DNA of 64,000 nucleotides from an uncultured Bacillota bacterium (GTDB lineage Bacteria; Bacillota_I; Bacilli_A; RF39; UBA660): NCBI GenBank assembly GCA_905205665.1, contig CAJLEF010000001.1, positions 15,120 to 79,119 of the forward strand, read 5' to 3'. Shown piece by piece: positions 61,187 to 64,000 of this stretch (position 1 is its first letter; each line of letters starts with the position of its first letter). The notes under the pieces were generated by a model. It saw only the letters and a program-made list of their open reading frames with translations, ran no database searches and was not told where the DNA came from. The position numbers and the translations under genes were made by a program.

Positions 61187-62467
61187 ATGGCAGTAGTTAC
61201 CCTTTTACCAGCGGATAAATATATGGTTGTCAATAAAACTATTTTAACTGACCAAGACCGTAAATACTTAGTTAGCTTTTATGAACCTATTATCGGTTCT
61301 TTAGCTGTTAGTTTATATCTCACTTTATGGCGAGATTTAGATCGTTACACTTTTGTTAGTGCTGATTATAATCATCATCATTTAATGACTATTTTAAAAA
61401 CAAATTTAGATAGTATAAAACTGGCTCGACAAACTTTAGAAGGAGTAGGTCTTTTAAGAACTTATTTTATGGCAAGTGAACCCAATAATTATGTATATGA
61501 ACTTTATTCGCCAATGAACCCCAAAGAGTTTTTTCAAAATCCTATTTTTAATGTTGTTTTATATAACAACATCGGCGCCTTTGAATATAACCTTTTAAAA
61601 AAAGAGTACAGTGTTTTAAATATTAATTTAAAAGGATATGAAGAAGTAACGAGTCATTTTGATGAGGTTTTTAAATCATCTTCAGAGCTTCCTAGTATTG
61701 AAGCACTCGGAAGAGAAACATTGCCTTTAAATATGCAAGATCAAATTGATTTTGACTTATTAATATCATCCTTACCGAAAGGTATGTTAAATGAGAAAAT
61801 CTTAAATAAAAGAATGAGGTCTTTAATTAATAATCTTTCTTTTGTATATAATATTGATACCTTAAAAATGTGTGAGATTATTAGACTTTCTATTAATGAA
61901 AAAGGGGCAATTGATAAAGATACTTTAAGACTTCAAACCAGAAAATATTATCAATATAATAATCATGGCAAATTACCAACCCTGATTTACCGGGCTCAAC
62001 CAGAATATTTAAAAAGCCCTAGTGGTGATACTTCTAAAAAAGGAAGAATTATCGAGGTTTTTGAAAATACAACTCCTTATGATTTTTTATGTGCCAAATA
62101 TAAAACCGGAACACCTACCGTAAGAGATTTAAAATTATTAGAGTATTTACTCGAGGATGTTGGTTTAAAACCTGCTGTGGTAAATGTTTTGATTGATTAT
62201 GTTTTAAAGAAAAATAATAACAAACTAAACAATGCTTTTGTTGAAACTATTGCTGGTCAGTGGAAACGTCTTGGTATAGAAACGGCGAAAGACGCGATGG
62301 AAGTGGCTGAAAAAGAACATAAAAAATATATAAATAAATTTAATAAAGTGTCTGTTAAAAAAGTAAATGAAGAACCACCTGTTTGGTTTGACGAAAAAAT
62401 TAGTAAAGAAAGCATGACCGAAGAAGAAGAAAAAGAGTTAGAAAGTATGTTGAAAAAGTATGAATAA
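61187..62467 (+). CDS. dnaB: Replication initiation and membrane attachment protein (Firmicute DnaB, DnaD-domain family)
   Basis: LPADKYMVVNKTILTDQDRKYLVSFYEPIIGSLAVSLYLTLW parallels the B. subtilis DnaB N-terminus (...LPVDPYVV...QLYQPLIGPVAFSLYMTLW). C-terminal DnaD-like FVETIAGQWKRLGIETAKDA. The start is probably ATG 61187. Confidence 0.75.
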   Translation: MAVVTLLPADKYMVVNKTILTDQDRKYLVSFYEPIIGSLAVSLYLTLWRDLDRYTFVSADYNHHHLMTILKTNLDSIKLARQTLEGVGLLRTYFMASEPNNYVYELYSPMNPKEFFQNPIFNVVLYNNIGAFEYNLLKKEYSVLNINLKGYEEVTSHFDEVFKSSSELPSIEALGRETLPLNMQDQIDFDLLISSLPKGMLNEKILNKRMRSLINNLSFVYNIDTLKMCEIIRLSINEKGAIDKDTLRLQTRKYYQYNNHGKLPTLIYRAQPEYLKSPSGDTSKKGRIIEVFENTTPYDFLCAKYKTGTPTVRDLKLLEYLLEDVGLKPAVVNVLIDYVLKKNNNKLNNAFVETIAGQWKRLGIETAKDAMEVAEKEHKKYINKFNKVSVKKVNEEPPVWFDEKISKESMTEEEEKELESMLKKYE

Positions 62468-63041
62468 CATAAGTGTTGACGAACGTGATATTTTTAGCTA
62501 TATCGATTTAGAACAATACATTATAGAAAGAAATTATCTTCTTTCCTATCGTGAATACGAACTTATTAAAGTATATTCTTATTTATTAAATCGTATTTCC
62601 ATAGTTTTAGAAAAAGAAAATGACGAAATAATGAAAGTACAAATGTTTTTTGAAACATCAGAGCATTCTTTTTTTAACTGTTGGACAAAAGTTGATTTAA
62701 AAGACCAAGAAACTTTACGAAGAAGAAATATGAATCTAAATGAAGAAGATGTTCAAAATTATGAAGATTTCGTTTCTTATGCAAAAGAAAGAAATTATGT
62801 TTTAAATGGGGAAGAATTTTATTATCTTACCAAAGACAAAGAAAAAACAGGACTTATTTATTGTAAATTTGAGCCTAAAAATAATGATTCTTATTTTTAT
62901 AATCAAGTAACTGGTAAATGTTATATGGCTTTCAAAGGAGATAAAAATTTGACGATTTATTTGAAATCTTATATGGAAGACCAACTAGAAAGAAGAAAGG
63001 AAGAGAAAATATGCACTTTAAAAAGGACTACGAAAGTTTAA
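62460..63041 (+). CDS. Hypothetical protein inserted between dnaB and dnaI
   Basis: Its start overlaps the dnaB stop by 8 nt, and its end overlaps the dnaI start by 31 nt. It has an internal duplicated motif (YIDLEQYIIERNYLLSYREYELIK / YEDFVSYAKERNYVLNGEEFYYLTK). Confidence 0.4.
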   Translation: MNNISVDERDIFSYIDLEQYIIERNYLLSYREYELIKVYSYLLNRISIVLEKENDEIMKVQMFFETSEHSFFNCWTKVDLKDQETLRRRNMNLNEEDVQNYEDFVSYAKERNYVLNGEEFYYLTKDKEKTGLIYCKFEPKNNDSYFYNQVTGKCYMAFKGDKNLTIYLKSYMEDQLERRKEEKICTLKRTTKV

Positions 63042-63883
63042 AGAAAAATTATGATGAAGCCTCAGCTAATCCCAAGTTTAAGGCTTTAGTATCCAAACTT
63101 CATTTAACTGAAGAAGAGGCTCTTACAAGAACGACTAAGCTTTTGGACATTTTAAATGAATTACAAAATTGTCAAAATTGCGCAGGTTTATACGAATGTA
63201 AAAATGCTTTAAAAGGGCATGTTAATATCTTTATTAAAAAAGATGGCAATATTTATCCAACTTATAAACCATGTAAATATAAGATGAAAGAAGCCGAAGA
63301 TAAAAGTAAAAAAATGAGTGAAGAACAAATTAATACGACGGCAAGAATGAAAGATATTGATGTTAAAGATAAAAAAAGAATTTTAGTTATAAAATGGTTA
63401 GACAATTTTTATCAGGAATTTTCTTTTTCTAAACCTATGAAAGGACTTTATTTACATGGTAATTTTGGGGCTGGCAAAACATTTTTGATAAGTGCCTTAC
63501 TTCATGAATTAGAAGAGAAAAAAGATGTTAAAGTGAAAATTATTTATTTTCCCGAAACCTTACGGGTTTTAAAATCAGATTGGGAACAATATGAAGCAAG
63601 ACTTTTCGAATATCAAACTATTGATATTTTATGTATTGATGATATCGGGGCCGAAAAAGTAAGTGAGTGGGGAAGAGATGAAGTATTAGGGACGATTTTG
63701 CAGGCTAGAATGAATCGTAATTTAACAACATTTTTTACATCTAATTTAACTCTTTCGGAATTAGAAAAACATTTTTGTATGGATGATTCTAGTGAAGAAA
63801 AAATAAAATCACGGAGAATTATGGAAAGAATTAAACAACTTTCTATAGATACAGAAATGATTAGTGAAAATAGAAGACATTAA
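63011..63883 (+). CDS. dnaI: Helicase loader DnaI
   Basis: N-terminal Cys cluster CQNCAGLYECKN...CKYK. AAA+ Walker A GNFGAGKTFL, Walker B ILCIDDIGAE, and TSNL. Confidence 0.85.
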   Translation: MHFKKDYESLKKNYDEASANPKFKALVSKLHLTEEEALTRTTKLLDILNELQNCQNCAGLYECKNALKGHVNIFIKKDGNIYPTYKPCKYKMKEAEDKSKKMSEEQINTTARMKDIDVKDKKRILVIKWLDNFYQEFSFSKPMKGLYLHGNFGAGKTFLISALLHELEEKKDVKVKIIYFPETLRVLKSDWEQYEARLFEYQTIDILCIDDIGAEKVSEWGRDEVLGTILQARMNRNLTTFFTSNLTLSELEKHFCMDDSSEEKIKSRRIMERIKQLSIDTEMISENRRH

Positions 63884-64000
63884 ATTTTGCCTTCTTTTTT
63901 TAATTTTTCAAGTTCATTTTCTATTTTTTCTAAAGTATTCAAAATAGTATTAATATCAATATTTTGATTCTGATTATTTTGCTTATTATTTATAAGGGCA
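63880..64000 (-). CDS. 3-prime end of a convergent gene (partial)
   Basis: The reverse strand reads ...NNKQNNQNQNIDINTILNTLEKIENELEKLKKEGKI, then a stop that overlaps the dnaI stop codon. Too short to assign. Confidence 0.25.
   Translation of the reverse strand, partial: ALINNKQNNQNQNIDINTILNTLEKIENELEKLKKEGKI

Overview
This is a low-GC (roughly 30% by eye), gene-dense chromosomal segment from an endospore-forming Firmicute. TGA is used as a stop codon, so this is not genetic code 4. I saw no rRNA, tRNA or CRISPR array.

Core blocks:
- Cell division and envelope: a SEDS protein, murG, divIB, sepF, divIVA.
- Sporulation: a spoIVFA/spoIVFB-like pair, an uninterrupted sigK, and a gerA-type germinant receptor operon.
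- Translation and tRNA modification: mtaB, queH, miaA, rpsT, yqeG/yqeH, and an rlmD/TrmA-family methyltransferase.
- Repair and replication: mutL, uvrC, and dnaB-X-dnaI.

Four accessory patches stand out:
1. About 21.9-27.3 kb is a defence island with no integrase. It holds a complete DpnII-type (GATC) two-methylase plus endonuclease cassette, an AIPR protein, an AbiTii-like protein, and an unannotated 57-aa membrane peptide.
2. About 33-43.3 kb holds a surface protein gene with a compositionally foreign 3-prime end. It is followed by a nested IS256-family structure carrying a second, degenerate transposase paralog, and then a Tad/Flp-type pilus operon. That operon has five prepilin-like substrates and no prepilin peptidase in the window.
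3. About 46.9-48.9 kb is a ~660-bp direct duplication of the rlmD promoter and 5-prime half, bracketing a small gene-plus-terminator cassette.
4. About 50-57 kb holds an inactivated SAM methyltransferase and a ~1730-aa SF2 helicase. The helicase has an unassignable ~540-aa N-terminal region and seven tandem 72-aa C-terminal modules, with a coupled 86-aa ORF. A run of pseudogene fragments follows.

All family assignments rest on motif recognition by eye. No database searches were run.
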